A stretch of DNA of 63,544 nt, the filler included, from Octopus bimaculoides (lineage: Eukaryota): NCBI RefSeq assembly GCF_001194135.2. It is 5 parts of 5 records of this genome, joined end to end, with 100 filler letters (N's around TTAATTAATTAA, not from the genome) between each part and the next. Parts side by side here need not be neighbours in the genome. Positions count along the whole stretch, not along the records: positions 12,190 to 38,319 come from NC_068985.1; 4 more parts are not named here. One strand, given 5' to 3'. The translations under genes were made by a program, and so were the position numbers. Below, piece after piece: positions 25,420 to 37,754 of the stretch (position 1 is its first letter; each line of letters opens with the position of its first letter). The notes under the pieces are model-generated. The model worked only from the letters and a program-made list of their open reading frames with translations. It ran no database searches and was not told where the DNA came from.

Positions 25420-26335
25420 GCCCACAGGGGGCTAAACATAGAGGGGACAAAAAAGGATAGACAAAGGGATTAAGTCGATTACATCGACCCCAGTATTCAA
25501 CTGGTACTTATTTAATCGTCCCTGAAAAGATGAAAGACAAAGTCGACCTCGGCGGAATTTTGAACTCAGAACGTGAAGACAGACGAAATGCCGCAAGCAT
25601 TTCGCCCGGCGTCCTAACGGTTCTGCCAGCCGGCCACCTCGAATAATCATTGCTACTCTAGGCACAAGGCGCGAAATTTTGCGGGAGGGAGCCAGTGGAT
25701 TAGATCGACCCCTGTACGCAACTGGTATTTAATTTATCGACCCAAAAAGAATGAAAGGCAAAATAGACCCCGGCGGAATTCAAACTCAGAATGTAACAGC
25801 AGACGAAATGCCGCTAAGCATTCCGCCCGGCGTGCTAACGTTTCTGCCAACGTTTGTGCCTAGAGTTGAACTCAGAACGTAAAGGCAGACGAAATACCAT
25901 TAATCTAGGCTCAAGGCCCGAAATTTTGGAAGAAGGGGGCCATTGGAATAGACCGACCCCAGTGCGCAGCTGGTACTTAATTTATCGATCCCGAAAGGAT
26001 GAAATGCAAAGTCGACCTCGGTGGAATTCGAACTCAGAACGTAAGGACAGACGAAATGCCGGTACGCATTTCGCCCGGCGCGCTAACGCTGCTGCCAGCT
26101 CGCCACCTTAGGAATTACTCTATATTGGTTTCAAATTTCGTTACACGGCCAGCAATTTCGTGGAAAGTGGAGAATCGATTACATGGACCTCGCTGCTTAA
26201 CTGGCACTCATTTTATCAACTCTTGAAGGAATGAAAAAAGAAAGTCGATCTGTGATGAGTTTTGATCTCAAAATCAAAAGTAGGAAGATATTCCGCTAAG
26301 CATTTTTGTCCGGCACTGCAACGATTCTACCACCT
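25420..26335 (-). mobile_element. SINE family B, array of five minus-strand copies or fragments
   Basis: TTTGAACTCAGAACGT...GACGAAAT motif recurs at about 25560, 25780, 25870 and 26030, with a decayed copy at about 26270. Confidence 0.88.
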
Positions 26336-26638
26336 GGCTGTCCTATGCTTCATATTCATTAATATAGACACACATACAAAGACATATATACACTTCTACA
26401 TAAACACACGCACATATATACACCTATGTATAAAATGTAAAGCGTAAAAGAGTTAAAAGGAAAAGTAAGTACGGTTTGGTAGCTTTTTAATGATCACTAC
26501 AAATGTTTCTATGCATATAAATCTACGTATATATACAGGATTTGAATTTAAATTAAATTAGGTAACGATTTACCTGTATAATAAGATCAATGCGTATTTG
26601 GTCAGGCGATTTTTAATCGCTGTCTCCTTTTGACTCTA

Positions 26639-26939
26639 TTTGTTCTCAAATATGTTCTTGACAGAACATATCTCAACACACGTATGTATGCATTCATTTA
26701 GTTACTCTGTATAATTTTAGTGAGATTTGTAGCACTCGTTACTTTTTATTTTCTCACACGAAGAATAACCAAGGCTAAAATTGATAGCATACCATAATAA
26801 TACTACTGGCTATTTGGAAATTCTAAGAGTGAACGAGCTCTATTTGTACTCAAATACGTTCTTAACAGAACATACCTCAACGCACATATGTATGCATTCA
26901 TTTAGTTACTCTGTATAATTTTAATGAAATTTGTAGCAC
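26639..26939 (+). repeat. Local direct duplication of about 97 bp
   Basis: TTTGT(T/A)CTCAAATA(T/C)GTTCTT...TTTGTAGCAC at about 26639-26735 and 26843-26939. Confidence 0.85.
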
Positions 26940-27331
26940 GTCTCAAATATTTCAAAAATATTTATATTATCTTTGCTCCAGGCTTCATTTTTATACTACA
27001 TTGCTTTGTATATCCCCATTTGATTTGTAAGACTTTTCTATGAATTTGAGTGTATGAATGAATAAAAAATGTGCTTAAAACCATTTGAAAAACACAACAA
27101 TGGGAAACAGGTATTTACAGTCATTTGCACTATATAAAGTAAATATGATTCTTTTGTCTCTATTGCAAGCAATAATGTATCAAAATATGGGTTAACTGTC
27201 TTGTAAATATAGAAGCTAGCATTGGGTTGTCACGAAGTCTGTCTGCCTAGCTGACGATTAATACTACTTCTCCCAAAAGATCAGAAGAATTGTCACTAAG
27301 CTCCGAAAGAAGTAGTAGAAAGACACTAGTA

Positions 27332-27634
27332 GTTTATTGAGCGAAAACACCTAAAAAGCTCCACGAGGCTCCAGCAGGGGATGGTGGCGAACCCTGCTGT
27401 ACTCTTTCACCACAACTTTCTCTCACTCTTACTTCCTGTTTCTGTTGTGCCTGTAATTCGAAGGGTCGGCCTTGTCACACTGTGTCACGCTGAATATCCC
27501 CGAGAACTACGTTAAAGGTACACGTGTCTGTGGAGTGCTCAGTCACTTGCACGTTAATTTCACGAGCAGGCTGTTCCGTTGATCGGATCAACTGGAACCC
27601 TCGACGTCGTAAGCGACGGAGTGCCAAAAACAAC
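27332..27634 (+). mobile_element. SINE family C, 5'-truncated
   Basis: Near-identical to the reverse complement of 31658-31950. Confidence 0.88.
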
Positions 27635-28759
27635 AAAAAACTTCGAAATGCTCCAGACGTTTAGAAGCTATGGGAAAAATAAAGCCTTGTGCAAAATTGG
27701 ATGAAATTGCCAAGGAAACACGTAAACGATACCACAATGATAATTGAACGATATGAAGTATTTTGTAAAAAAAATAAAATATGGCAGCAATTGCCAACTT
27801 ACAAAGAAAAACTGTGACGAAAATGATGGCAATTATAACACGAATAATTAGGACACTGATATGGAAGAGCATTTCAGAAGTTTGCAACAAATTATGAGTT
27901 AAATGGGTTCACTCGCACTTGGATGGATAAAGTTTTGGTCATAATGGTAAACTGACTCAAAGCTTAAGAAGAAAATAAGTTGGCCGAGATAGAGGGTAAA
28001 TCCATACCTAGAATTCAAATGCCAGTCTTTGTGACATAGCGACTCGCTGATTCCTTCTGTGGAACATGCGTGTCTGTAAAAGAATACCAAGTTATCTAGG
28101 TGTTTACTTGACGAATGGATAAATAAGTTTATTGAACAACTGAATGTTCATCGTCGATACTGACGGAGTATAAGTCCTTTATTATCAAAACTAACAATAT
28201 TTAAAATGGCGGCATTTGAATCACCGTTAACAAAGAATGTGACGATATATCATGAATTATTTAACCTTGTCTAAATTATTAGTATCCACACCGTTGCTGA
28301 AGAGTGAGTCATTGAATATCGCTGTGGGTTATACTTGGAAATAATATTAATGCTCGACATGATTCCATTTAATTTCATTTCCCAGTCAGGCTTCCCAAGA
28401 AAGGAAAAAAAAATCCTTAAAGAAGACACAGGAAGAAATTTAGAAGTGCCATCTCCATTAATCAAACAGATATATTGAATTTGTGCATTCGTTGTCTTTT
28501 GGTTAGAAGGTGATTTGAGGAATAATTGGTCTCTAATATTAGCAAGTTGAACGACCGCATAGTCCATAGAGGTAGTTTCTACAATGTATGCTATGCCATC
28601 ATTTTGTGTAATAAAAGAGGTGGTGAGTGCAAGACTTGCGAGGGTGGTGTACACAATTATTTACTGGTTTAACTCTGTAATTCTTTTTTCTGAGGTCAGT
28701 TCCCGCCGTGAACAACATCTGCCTTTTGTTGAAATCGGGTCTTTAACATAAATTCCTAA

Positions 28760-29009
28760 CAAGTAACACGGTGAAATACATTTGTTTCTTGTTCAAATCT
28801 TTAAGGATAGTTCCCAATGCACCTATAACTACTGGGATACTTTTTACCCGCACATTCTGTAGTCTCTGTAAATCAATAGCTAGGTCCTGATACTTTGCTA
28901 GTTTTTCTACATCTCTCATATTGATTTTCCCATCATTTGCGACTGTAAAGTCAATTATCTGGCACTTTCTGTTCTTCTTCTTCTTCTTCTTCTTCTTCTT
29001 CTTCTTCTT

Positions 29010-29044
<35 letters not shown>

Positions 29045-29054
29045 NNNNNNNNNN

Positions 29055-29103
<49 letters not shown>

Positions 29104-30240
29104 AATCAGGTCTTCTAGCTTCTAATTCTCTGTTAATCTGTTAAAGTCTCACAACATCTTGTATTTCTTACTTTCTAGTACTTTACTTCATGTTCATACA
29201 ATTTATCAGTTTCGTCAAATCCTAGCTTTCCACATATCACCCAGTGGGTTAATCTCCCTAGATTGCCATGTATTTTCTTGTAGTCTTTCTGTGCCAGCAT
29301 GCTACATTCACTTACTATATGAGTAACGCTTTCCTCCTTTGACTTGCCTAACCTACAATGGGAATCTACTTGGTTTTTGTCTATCTTGGCTTTTATTCAA
29401 TTAGTCCTTGATGCTTGATCTAATGCAGCAACTTAAAAACTCTCTGTCTCCCCACCCCCTTCAGCTGTCCTTTCTGCAACCATAACCATGTCTCACTTCT
29501 ACTATTTGCTACAACTATCGTTGGGAATCTACCATGCAACGCTTTCTCCTGCCAGTCAGATAGTTTCCCTTCTTTTTTTTGTGGTTTTTAACATCGTTTG
29601 TGTTTTTGGTTTCTCAATGTCTTGCTATGACTCTCGCATCTTCTAATAATATTTACTCACTATCACCTACCTATGTAGGTGTCTATATGTACTCTGGTCA
29701 ACTCCAAGCAGTCTTCTACTGATATTAACCCTCTTTCGCCTTCCTTTCTAGGTAAGTATAATCTTGTTACTCCTACATATGAGTGGAGTCGTCTATTCAT
29801 ATTGAATTCCTTCCCAGTCCTTCTGTCTAGCTTTGCTAATTCAGTTTTTGTTCAATCTATAAAAGCTGCTGGGTATCTAAGTAATGATATTGCCCAAGTA
29901 TTTACAGCCTTCACTAGATTCGTACCATTTAGCTTTGACTTCAATAGCTTCCTTACCCTTCTGATGTACTCCTAAATTTTTGCCTTCGTTTCTATAGTTT
30001 GTATTCTGTCAGATTCTAATAGCCCGAGATACTTATAATTCTCTCCTACTGTCAATTATTTTAATGTTTGGCCACCTGGTAATTGGATGCCTTCGCTGTT
30101 GACTACCTGTCCCCTTTTCATTACTAATATGGCACACTGCTCTATACTAATTTTCATGTCTATATCTTTGCTGAGGTGTCTTCCAGTCAGTATTAAGGAA
30201 TCTGTCTCTTTTTCATTCATACTTACTGTTGTTACTAATA
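28760..30240 (-). mobile_element. Decayed R4/Dong-type non-LTR retrotransposon (RT tail, CCHC-like knuckle, restriction-like endonuclease)
   Basis: Minus-strand frames give SKDIDMKISIEQCAILVMKRG, YKYLGLLESDRI, CRLGKSKEESVTHIVSECSMLAQKDYK, RRPDLVV and CQIIDFTV...EKLAKYQDLAIDLQRL...IPVVIGALG. Confidence 0.85.
28973..29103. repeat. (TTC)n-(TAC)n compound microsatellite inside the R4/Dong endonuclease region
   Basis: Read directly; the flanks translate on the minus strand as RRPDL[V..] and [K..]NRKCQIID. Confidence 0.9.
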
Positions 30241-30748
30241 TTGAGTGAGAGAGCAGCGCATGCCATCAAAGTGACACTGGGGTAAAATATACGAAGCCCA
30301 GTATACCTATGATGACTAACCGTCTAATAACGATACACCAGGCACAGGCATCACAACCATATGTGTGCGACATGGTGATCTCATATCAAGATAAACAGTA
30401 CATGACCTTGCAGGACGGTTCCAGTTAGAATTTTCCTCAGGTTGAGTAGCCCATCCGCTCAAAAGGTCCCTGAATAAGGTTTGCTTAAGGATGTTGAGCA
30501 AAACACCCATGTTTCAAAAGGTGAATTATTCAAACCCCGAAGAATTCCTCTCAACACATGGCCATGATACTCCCCCACTACTTCTGCTCGTGATCAGAGA
30601 TGCACATATCATCAGCTACCAAGGGACATGCTCAACTGGTTAAGATCAATCAACTGACAAGCAAATCTGTGGTATTGAGCAGAATATTTGCTGTAGTCCA
30701 TCTCGTATACCAAGATAAAACAATGTACACTATTATTATTATTATTAC

Positions 30749-30835
<87 letters not shown>

Positions 30836-30837
30836 GT

Positions 30838-31055
30838 GAAGCTAGCGACCGGGCAGAATCGTTAGCACGCCGAGCGAAATACTTAGCGGAATTTCGTTCG
30901 CATTGCATTCCGAGTTCAAAGTCCGCCGAAATCGACTTTGCTTTTCATCCTTTCGAGGTGGATATAACAAGTACCAGTTGAGTAATGGGTTCGATGTAAT
31001 CAACTAGTCTCTTCCCCAAAATTTCAAGCCTTGTACCCAGAGTAGACAGAATCAT
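30838..31055 (+). mobile_element. SINE family B following a long (ATT)n tract
   Basis: GGCAGAATCGTTAGCACGCCG...GAGTTCAAAGTCCGCCGA...CTTTTCATCCTTTCG. Confidence 0.8.
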
Positions 31056-31657
31056 TATTCCCAAGTGCAGTTGAAGAAAAAATCTTTTTACCAATCTCTT
31101 CTGCATACCTGGAAGTTATTGCTATTTTATATTGCAATTTTATATTTGTTTATACCCCAATTAGAAATATTCCTACCAGAACAAATAGTACTCACAAACA
31201 AAATCAATTGAATGTAGATCAAAGAGAAAAACAAAACAAAACAAAGAAAACAGATGGGAACAAATTTAATTACACAGGAGGACGTAAGCAACCAACAAGG
31301 AAAAAATAATGGATTTTTCATAGATGACAGAGATAAGAGAAATTCGTGACATTCCCGTGATATTGCTAATGAAGACAACAATGCACATGTATACGGATCT
31401 TTTATGCTAAATGAACATATAAAAAATGAAAAAGATGTAACTGTTACTTTCGCTAGCCTGCTTGTCATAAAGACGCATTGAGCAAGAACCGTGTGTTTAG
31501 AAAAAAAGCTGCCTGCTAGCATTGTGTGACTAGGAAGAGCAGGTGCTTGTCAGAGGTCTTCCTCCCAGAGAAGAAGGGAAGGAGAGGTAAACAGAAAGTG
31601 ATATGATGAGAGAGACAGAGAAGGAAAGCCGCCTATTTCTGGATCATTAAGAACAGA

Positions 31658-32037
31658 GTTGTTGGCACTCCGTCGCTTACGACGACAAGGGTTCCAGTTG
31701 ATCCGATCAACGGAACAGCCTGCTCGTGAAATTAACGTGAAAGTGGCTGAGCACTCCGCAGACACGTGTACCCTTAACGTAGTTCTCGGGGATATTCAGC
31801 GTGACACAGTGTGACAAGGCTGACCCTTTGAATTACAGGTACAACAGAAACAGGAAGTAAGAGTGAATGTTGTGGTGAAAGAGTACAGCAGGTTTCGCCA
31901 CCATCCTCTGCCGGAGCCTCGTGGAGCTTTAGGTGTTTTCGCTCAATAAACACTCACAACGTCCGGTCAGGGAATCGAAACCGTGATCCTATGACCGTGA
32001 GTCCGCTGCCCTAACCACTGGGCCATTGCGCCTCCAC
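31658..32037 (-). mobile_element. SINE family C, full-length (about 380 bp, tRNA-derived head)
   Basis: Minus strand GTGGAGGCGCAATGGCCCAGTGGTTAGGGCAGCGGACTC...GGTTTCGATTCCC head; tail ...CGTAAGCGACGGAGTGCCAACAAC. Confidence 0.9.
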
Positions 32038-32869
32038 AAAAACAGACTAGGGTAACACTAATATTCGTTTGTGAATAACTGAAGATAGCAGTAGCCGATA
32101 TGAGACGCAAAATGTCAGTCATTTAGTGCAGTACTTACTGAAACATACGCCGTGCTTTAAAAATCACATATCGGTCGAACATTAAGAAGGTGATTGGGAA
32201 GATGTTAACTTCAGCGTTGAGCCTAGGTTTCTATATAACTTTGTGGCACAGTACGGGCAGACAATTAGTGTCGAGGCAAGCAGGAGTGGAATGCGGTCAT
32301 TGGAAGCCGTTAAGGACGTGCGACACCTAATGATGTCTTAAATACAACAGATCCAAACCGGAGCTGCGTCCCCTCAAGAGTATGGAAGGAATGGTTATGA
32401 GACTGATGGTGTGAGAAGGGATAAATGCAAATGAAGGGTTTCTGCACGTAAGAACTAGAAAAGCAGACAAAAACACCCGTAAAACCGACAACTAGGAAAA
32501 TAGGTACAAGCGCCCGCCATATCCAAACTGCCATCCCTTGCAGTTTCACATCACCAATAATAGCTTCGAGGATGTCTCTCCACCCCTAACATGAGAGTCG
32601 ATCAGAGAAGTTGAGTAGTAGAAAAAACAACGACTAAACCCTTCGCAGTACTATGCTATCCCTTTGCGAAGAAATACAATGAAAACAATAGAAAAACGTA
32701 CATTGGTAGTGCGCGACATACTCCTTTGCCATTCATCGTCCTTGTTGTAACAAAGAACTGATGGATAATTTACAAGATCTATAAGTGCATTCAGGAAAGA
32801 ATTACGTTGGATTCACTTGGGGAGTTTCATTCGGTTATGTGAAACATAGCGAAACATGTAGAACGAGAC

Positions 32870-33049
32870 AGTTCTATATTAAAGAGATGAGGAATTATGT
32901 ACATTATTTACATTATTTACATTTGACGGATATTTGTCCTCATCTTGTTTGTTGTTAACACAACGTTTCGGCTGATATACCCTCCAGCCGTCATCAGGTG
33001 TCTTGGGGAAATTTCGAACCTCGTTTCTCATTCCTAAGGTATTTTTCGA

Positions 33050-33089
<40 letters not shown>

Positions 33090-33230
33090 GTTATTGTTGC
33101 TGTTGTTGTTTTTGTTGTTGTTGTTGTTGTTGTTGTTGTTATTATTATTGTTACGCAGGTCACTGTCTGGAATCAAACTCGGAATCTTTGGGTTAGTAGC
33201 CCACGTTCTTAATTACTACACCATATGCCC
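32870..33230 (-). mobile_element. tRNA-head/(AAT,AAC)n/hammerhead SINE-like element, left member of a head-to-head pair
   Basis: Minus strand: GGGCATATGGTGTAGTAATTAAGAACGTGGGCTACTAACCCAAAGATTCCGAGTTTGATTCCAG...GACCTG, microsatellite linker, hammerhead block, (TGTAAATAA)2 tail ending AGAACT. Confidence 0.85.
32957..33002 (-). ncRNA. Minimal type I hammerhead ribozyme motif (best-preserved copy)
   Basis: Minus strand reads GACAC-CTGATGA-C-GGCTG-gagggtatat-CAGCC-GAAAC-GTT-GTGTT: perfect 5-bp stem II and intact stem I. Confidence 0.75.
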
Positions 33231-33232
33231 AC

Positions 33233-33325
33233 GAACACATAGCGTAGTGGTTAAGAGCGCAGGCTACTAACCTCACGATTCCGAGTTCGATTCCAGGCAC
33301 TGACCTGAATAATAATAACAACAAC

Positions 33326-33358
<33 letters not shown>

Positions 33359-33538
33359 TATTATTATTATTATTATTATTATTATAATAACATCGAAATA
33401 TACCTTAGGAATGAGAACCCAGGTTCGAAATTTCCCCAAGACACCTGATGACGGCTGGAGGGTATATCAGCCGAAACGTTATCTTAACAACAAACAAGAT
33501 GAGGACAAATATCCGTCAAATGTAAATAATGTAGAACT
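33233..33538 (+). mobile_element. tRNA-head/(AAT)n/hammerhead SINE-like element, right member of a head-to-head pair
   Basis: A box TAGCGTAGTGG (33240-33250), B box GAGTTCGATTCC (33283-33294), AAT linker, hammerhead block, tail ending AGAACT. Confidence 0.85.
33440..33485 (+). ncRNA. Minimal hammerhead ribozyme motif with damaged stem I
   Basis: GACAC-CTGATGA-C-GGCTG...CAGCC-GAAAC-GTT-ATCTT: core and stem II intact, 3' strand of stem I mutated (ATCTT instead of GTGTT). Confidence 0.6.
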
Positions 33539-33883
33539 AGACTTATGTAATTTGTTGGGTATTAATTGAGCCTGTGATGTAGATTAGGAAATAACATGTT
33601 ATTAATATTCGGGGGTACTTTTGAAACGCATGTCCTAAACTGTGTTATATGCATCGGTACGGATTTGATTGTAAATATATTTTGAGATTTTTTGGGGGAT
33701 GTGACTGCTGTACGCAGAGAATGTAGAGTTAGGAGCTGTACTATTGAAACAGATATTTTTGGTGTAGGATGTGGCCTGTGCCAAGCAGCTATAGGTTTTC
33801 ATCTTTGTTTAAATGTTTAAGTATGTGAACTCTGGTATTATTTTTATAATATTGCGGACATTTCGTTTATACATATTTCTACC

Positions 33884-34731
33884 ACTAGCTGATGTACCCG
33901 GTAATTCCTGGGAAAGCGAGGCTTATCCTTTGGTTCCGTTCTCATTACTGTTTCGCTAATCCAATAACAATAATAAAAAATATGTAGCCCTTAAAACGGG
34001 TTTTGTGTATTTACATAGAATACCGAACTGTCTTACACAGGATGTTGCTTTTAGGAATTCACAATAAGTTATGAATACCCAAACTTTGAAGTCAGTTATA
34101 TAATAACATGAAATTAGTTACCCAATAGTAAGAGTTCAAATAAAGTAGCCCCGAAAGGGCTTTTAATGCGTTCCTAGAGTATATAGAACTTAGGAGGAAA
34201 TACTAATAAGGTATGTATACTAAAATCGTGAAGCATGTTACGTAATAACAGGCTAATCAAATATGAGATGATAACAATTCAAAATAAACAACTCCGAAAA
34301 GGGCTTTTGTACATTCTCAGAGAATATTACCCTCAGGGGTGCTAGTGTTGGTATATTCGTGAATAAGTCACTAACCGAAATAATTAGATCTATTGTTTAG
34401 GAAAATATTATTTACTTGTTTAAGAGTTGTATTGGATAAATTGCGATATAACTCTAACAGTTCAAATACTAACCGATAAGTATATTCAATTTCATTTTTA
34501 CCAAATAATTTAAGAAATAAATGGTTTTATTTCCCTTGGCTATATATAACGATTCCTTCCAGGGGCCCTATTATCGAATTTTTGAACAATCTGAGTATGC
34601 CATGAGGTTTCCAGACATGAATTCTACTCACGTCTCACGTTTCATCAAAATCGATAAAGCGATGTAGGAGGACTCAGCTAACAACTCCACAAACACACCC
34701 GCAGACAGAATTTCCCACGTATGTAGTAGAT
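33884..34731 (+). mobile_element. Non-autonomous Helitron-like (Lep1/DINE-like) element with internal degenerate repeats of about 150 bp
   Basis: Starts ACTAGCTGATGTACCCGG and ends TTTCATCAAAATCG...ACAAACAC...CAGACAG...GTAGAT. Three related 'gtagccccgaaagggctttt' blocks at about 33984, 34145 and 34290. Confidence 0.5.
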
Positions 34732-35630
34732 TATGATTGTTAAAGTTTTAACTTCGATACCTTCAACATGCTTATTTCCATTTCACGTTCCGGGGAAATT
34801 TGAATGCTTAGTCGCCTTCAGTGCGACATTTTGTTCAGAAGGTATTTCGAGGCCAGTTTGCCTCAGCTTTTACTAATTGGGCAAACATGCACTGAAATTA
34901 ATGTCGCCAAAACATCGCCAATTTATTGTATTAAGTACATGGTTATAGCATTTCTTTTCTTTCCTACGTCAGCATAATTCGCCAGGGACAGAGACCTCAA
35001 CTAAAACAGGACTGTGAGTATTGCTGACAGGACATCAAAATTAATTGCTCTCTTCTGCCTGCACTTGTTAGAATCTGGTTTACTTTCCCCTTTTTTTTGT
35101 ATTTCTTTAAGTCCAGTTGAAAGAAAACATTATTGAATTTACTTACGTCCGGGTGAACGACATCGCAGCTAAAACCAAATTTTTAACTATACTTTCAACC
35201 CACATCTTTGGAATTCTTTTCGGTTTTCCACCATAACTTACTTCCTCTTTGTAGAGGTGTGCGGGGTGTTGGTCATGGAAAGGATTAACTCCCCCGTTTC
35301 TTTCTCAATATCATTTGTAATTCTGTTTAGAGTTTTCCTTTATTTTTGTTTATTTATTTTGTATAAATTCCTAACAATTTCTTTTTGTTTGTCCTTATCT
35401 AAATCTGCTTTCCTCATTTCAGAGCAGTTTGTTTTTAGATTATTTACTGTTTCCTTATAAGGAAGGGAAAAAAAAGACAAAACAGAAATCTCTTTGTTTT
35501 GTTTTCAAATATTTCGTGATTAGATTAATCAGTTTCTCATCACTGACGGACCTGAAGCTAAACAACAGCAATCGTCATGATCACTGCAAATAATACACGT
35601 ACGACAACAACAGAAGCAACAACAGCAACG

Positions 35631-35674
<44 letters not shown>

Positions 35675-35703
35675 CACTACTGCTGCTGCTACTGTTACTA
35701 CTG

Positions 35704-35753
<50 letters not shown>

Positions 35754-36121
35754 GTTGTGGCTACTGCTGCTACTGCGGTTGCACGCAGAAATGTCATCTT
35801 TACAATAACCACGACTGGCAGTAAATACGACCAGCGCCAACATGTTTTGTGTAGTTTTGATTTACTAGTGCAAAGTGTCCAGCTCTGCTGATACGAACTT
35901 TCCTTTTCTCTGCCCCCCCCACCGCCTCCTCTCTCTCTCTCTGTTTTAATTCTACAAGTATTACAGGTCGAAGCATGCCATTGAAACCGACCCAACCAGT
36001 CTAGCGCTCATCTCCATCTCCGGGAACAATTTCTTAATTCTATTCCACCTTGTCCTGTTTTACCCCCACCCTCCGCTACTTGTTTTATTATCCTGATTCT
36101 CTTTATATGACTGCAATGATG

Positions 36122-36152
<31 letters not shown>

Positions 36153-37407
36153 AGGGGAAGAGGAGGAGGGGAGGATTATGCTGACGTTGTTGATCCACAT
36201 CTGCACCGTCATGATCATCGTCGTCATCATTAAGAACAAGAACAACAACAATAACATTACCAGTGGTTTTATTACCATGCGTGACGTCATTGTAGAAGGA
36301 CCCTCTAACTGATAGAAATAGAAAAAGGAAGAGCAACAACAATAATATTAATACACAGAAACAATAGTAACAGTAAGAAAAATTACAACAGAGAAATTTA
36401 ACTGTAATAACAATAACTACAGCAACATTAGCAATTATAGCAGCTACAACAACAACAGTAACAACGTCAAATTAAGTAACTCAAAGGACAGGCATCTGTC
36501 TGGTGTGGTGGCGGTAAAATCAGTGCAGTACTTGTTATTCTCCTTAAAAGATGCCTGGCAAAATCTGCTCACACTCTAAAAGTAAATAGGAGAGTACAAA
36601 TTGAAATCTCCTCCTAAATTTTGGCAAGAACTTCCTGAGAAAAAACACTGTTGCATCGCTGGGCGGCTGCAAAAATCTGACGACAGCAATGGAAGGTGCA
36701 ACACACGTTCACATTTGAAAAGATGCCTCAAAGAAGTATGAGTAGATACCAGGTTTGTGGCTAGAGCAATGGTCTTCTGGAGCATTGAAATCCATTTCCA
36801 GAGCAAAAATATCGTGCTGAACAATATCTAGGTTTTATACAGACCAAGAACTAATATTCTACATAACATATTTAGATAGAATGGCCAGTCGATTGAAGGT
36901 ATATTTCCACCTGTGCTGTATATCTGGTGGTTGTTGACATGTGTTGTCTTCGAGTACAGTGACACCTTCCTTGAGGTAAAACGAATAAAAAAAGAGCTCT
37001 GCTCTGGGAAAAACCGGAGGACGTGCAGAGTATCCCAGAGATGATCCACGCACCCAATGAAGTCAATCTCTATATTGCGGTTGCAGATACAAGATCCAGA
37101 TGTCCTCTCTGTGGTACAGAAGTTTAGGTAAGAGCTTTCTGTTGATGAGATAAGGAATTCATTATTGTCGACAACAAAGCCCTTCACAAAAACACTATAC
37201 AGGAGCTGGAACAGCAAGATTTGCACAGATATCTGCATCACGACTACTTCTACATCGCGGGATACATTGTAGTGTTGGTGTCGGAACTACATTTGGCTTT
37301 ATTAGCAATTTAATCGAGTTATGGCCGAGTTTTGTTACTCACAGGCTAGTCTCAATGCGTAAATACGCGCAAGAATTTGATCTGTACTTGTGCCTGTGTT
37401 TCGTTAC

Positions 37408-37445
<38 letters not shown>

Positions 37446-37754
37446 CAGTGCTTCTGTTGTTGTTGTTGTTGTATCTATTGTGATATATGACATTAGTGGT
37501 TGTTATTGTGCGCTATGATGCAGTGCGCTATGATGCAGTGCGCTATCATGCACATCGTCGACCGAACGAAAAGTTGCGAGCTAGATCTTTTACTTGTTTC
37601 AGTCATTAGACAGCAAACATTCTGTGGCACGGCATTGAAGTATTTCAGTCGATTGAATCAAGTCCAGTGCTTACTTGTTACTTTTTTTTTTTTGTTTTTG
37701 AACTTTTTACTGATTCTGATTCCTTAGCAGAACAGTTAAGTTNNNNNNNNNNGT

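Noticed and set aside
13733-26335. Regularly recurring GTCGAT..TCGAC / GAGTTCAAATTCCG motifs as a CRISPR-like array
   Set aside because: These are internal parts of roughly 200-bp SINE copies in both orientations, with no unique equal-length spacers and no cas genes; the context is eukaryotic.
27640-28250. Possible hAT transposase remnant (DIATR* resembling D..TRW)
   Set aside because: Single short, broken motif with no TIR or TSD found.
30245-30730. Complex 480-bp block abutting the R4/Dong remnant, probably an interspersed repeat
   Set aside because: Only one copy in the window and no diagnostic structure, so it cannot be supported as a feature.
31960-32037. tRNA-like sequences here and at 33233, 58293 and 59350-59429 as tRNA genes
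   Set aside because: They continue directly into multi-copy SINE bodies and have broken acceptor or T stems; they are SINE heads.
36990-37250. FIIVDNKALHK as an IS630/Tc1 DDE motif
   Set aside because: The following LPPYSP/SPDLN motif and TIRs are absent; likely chance.
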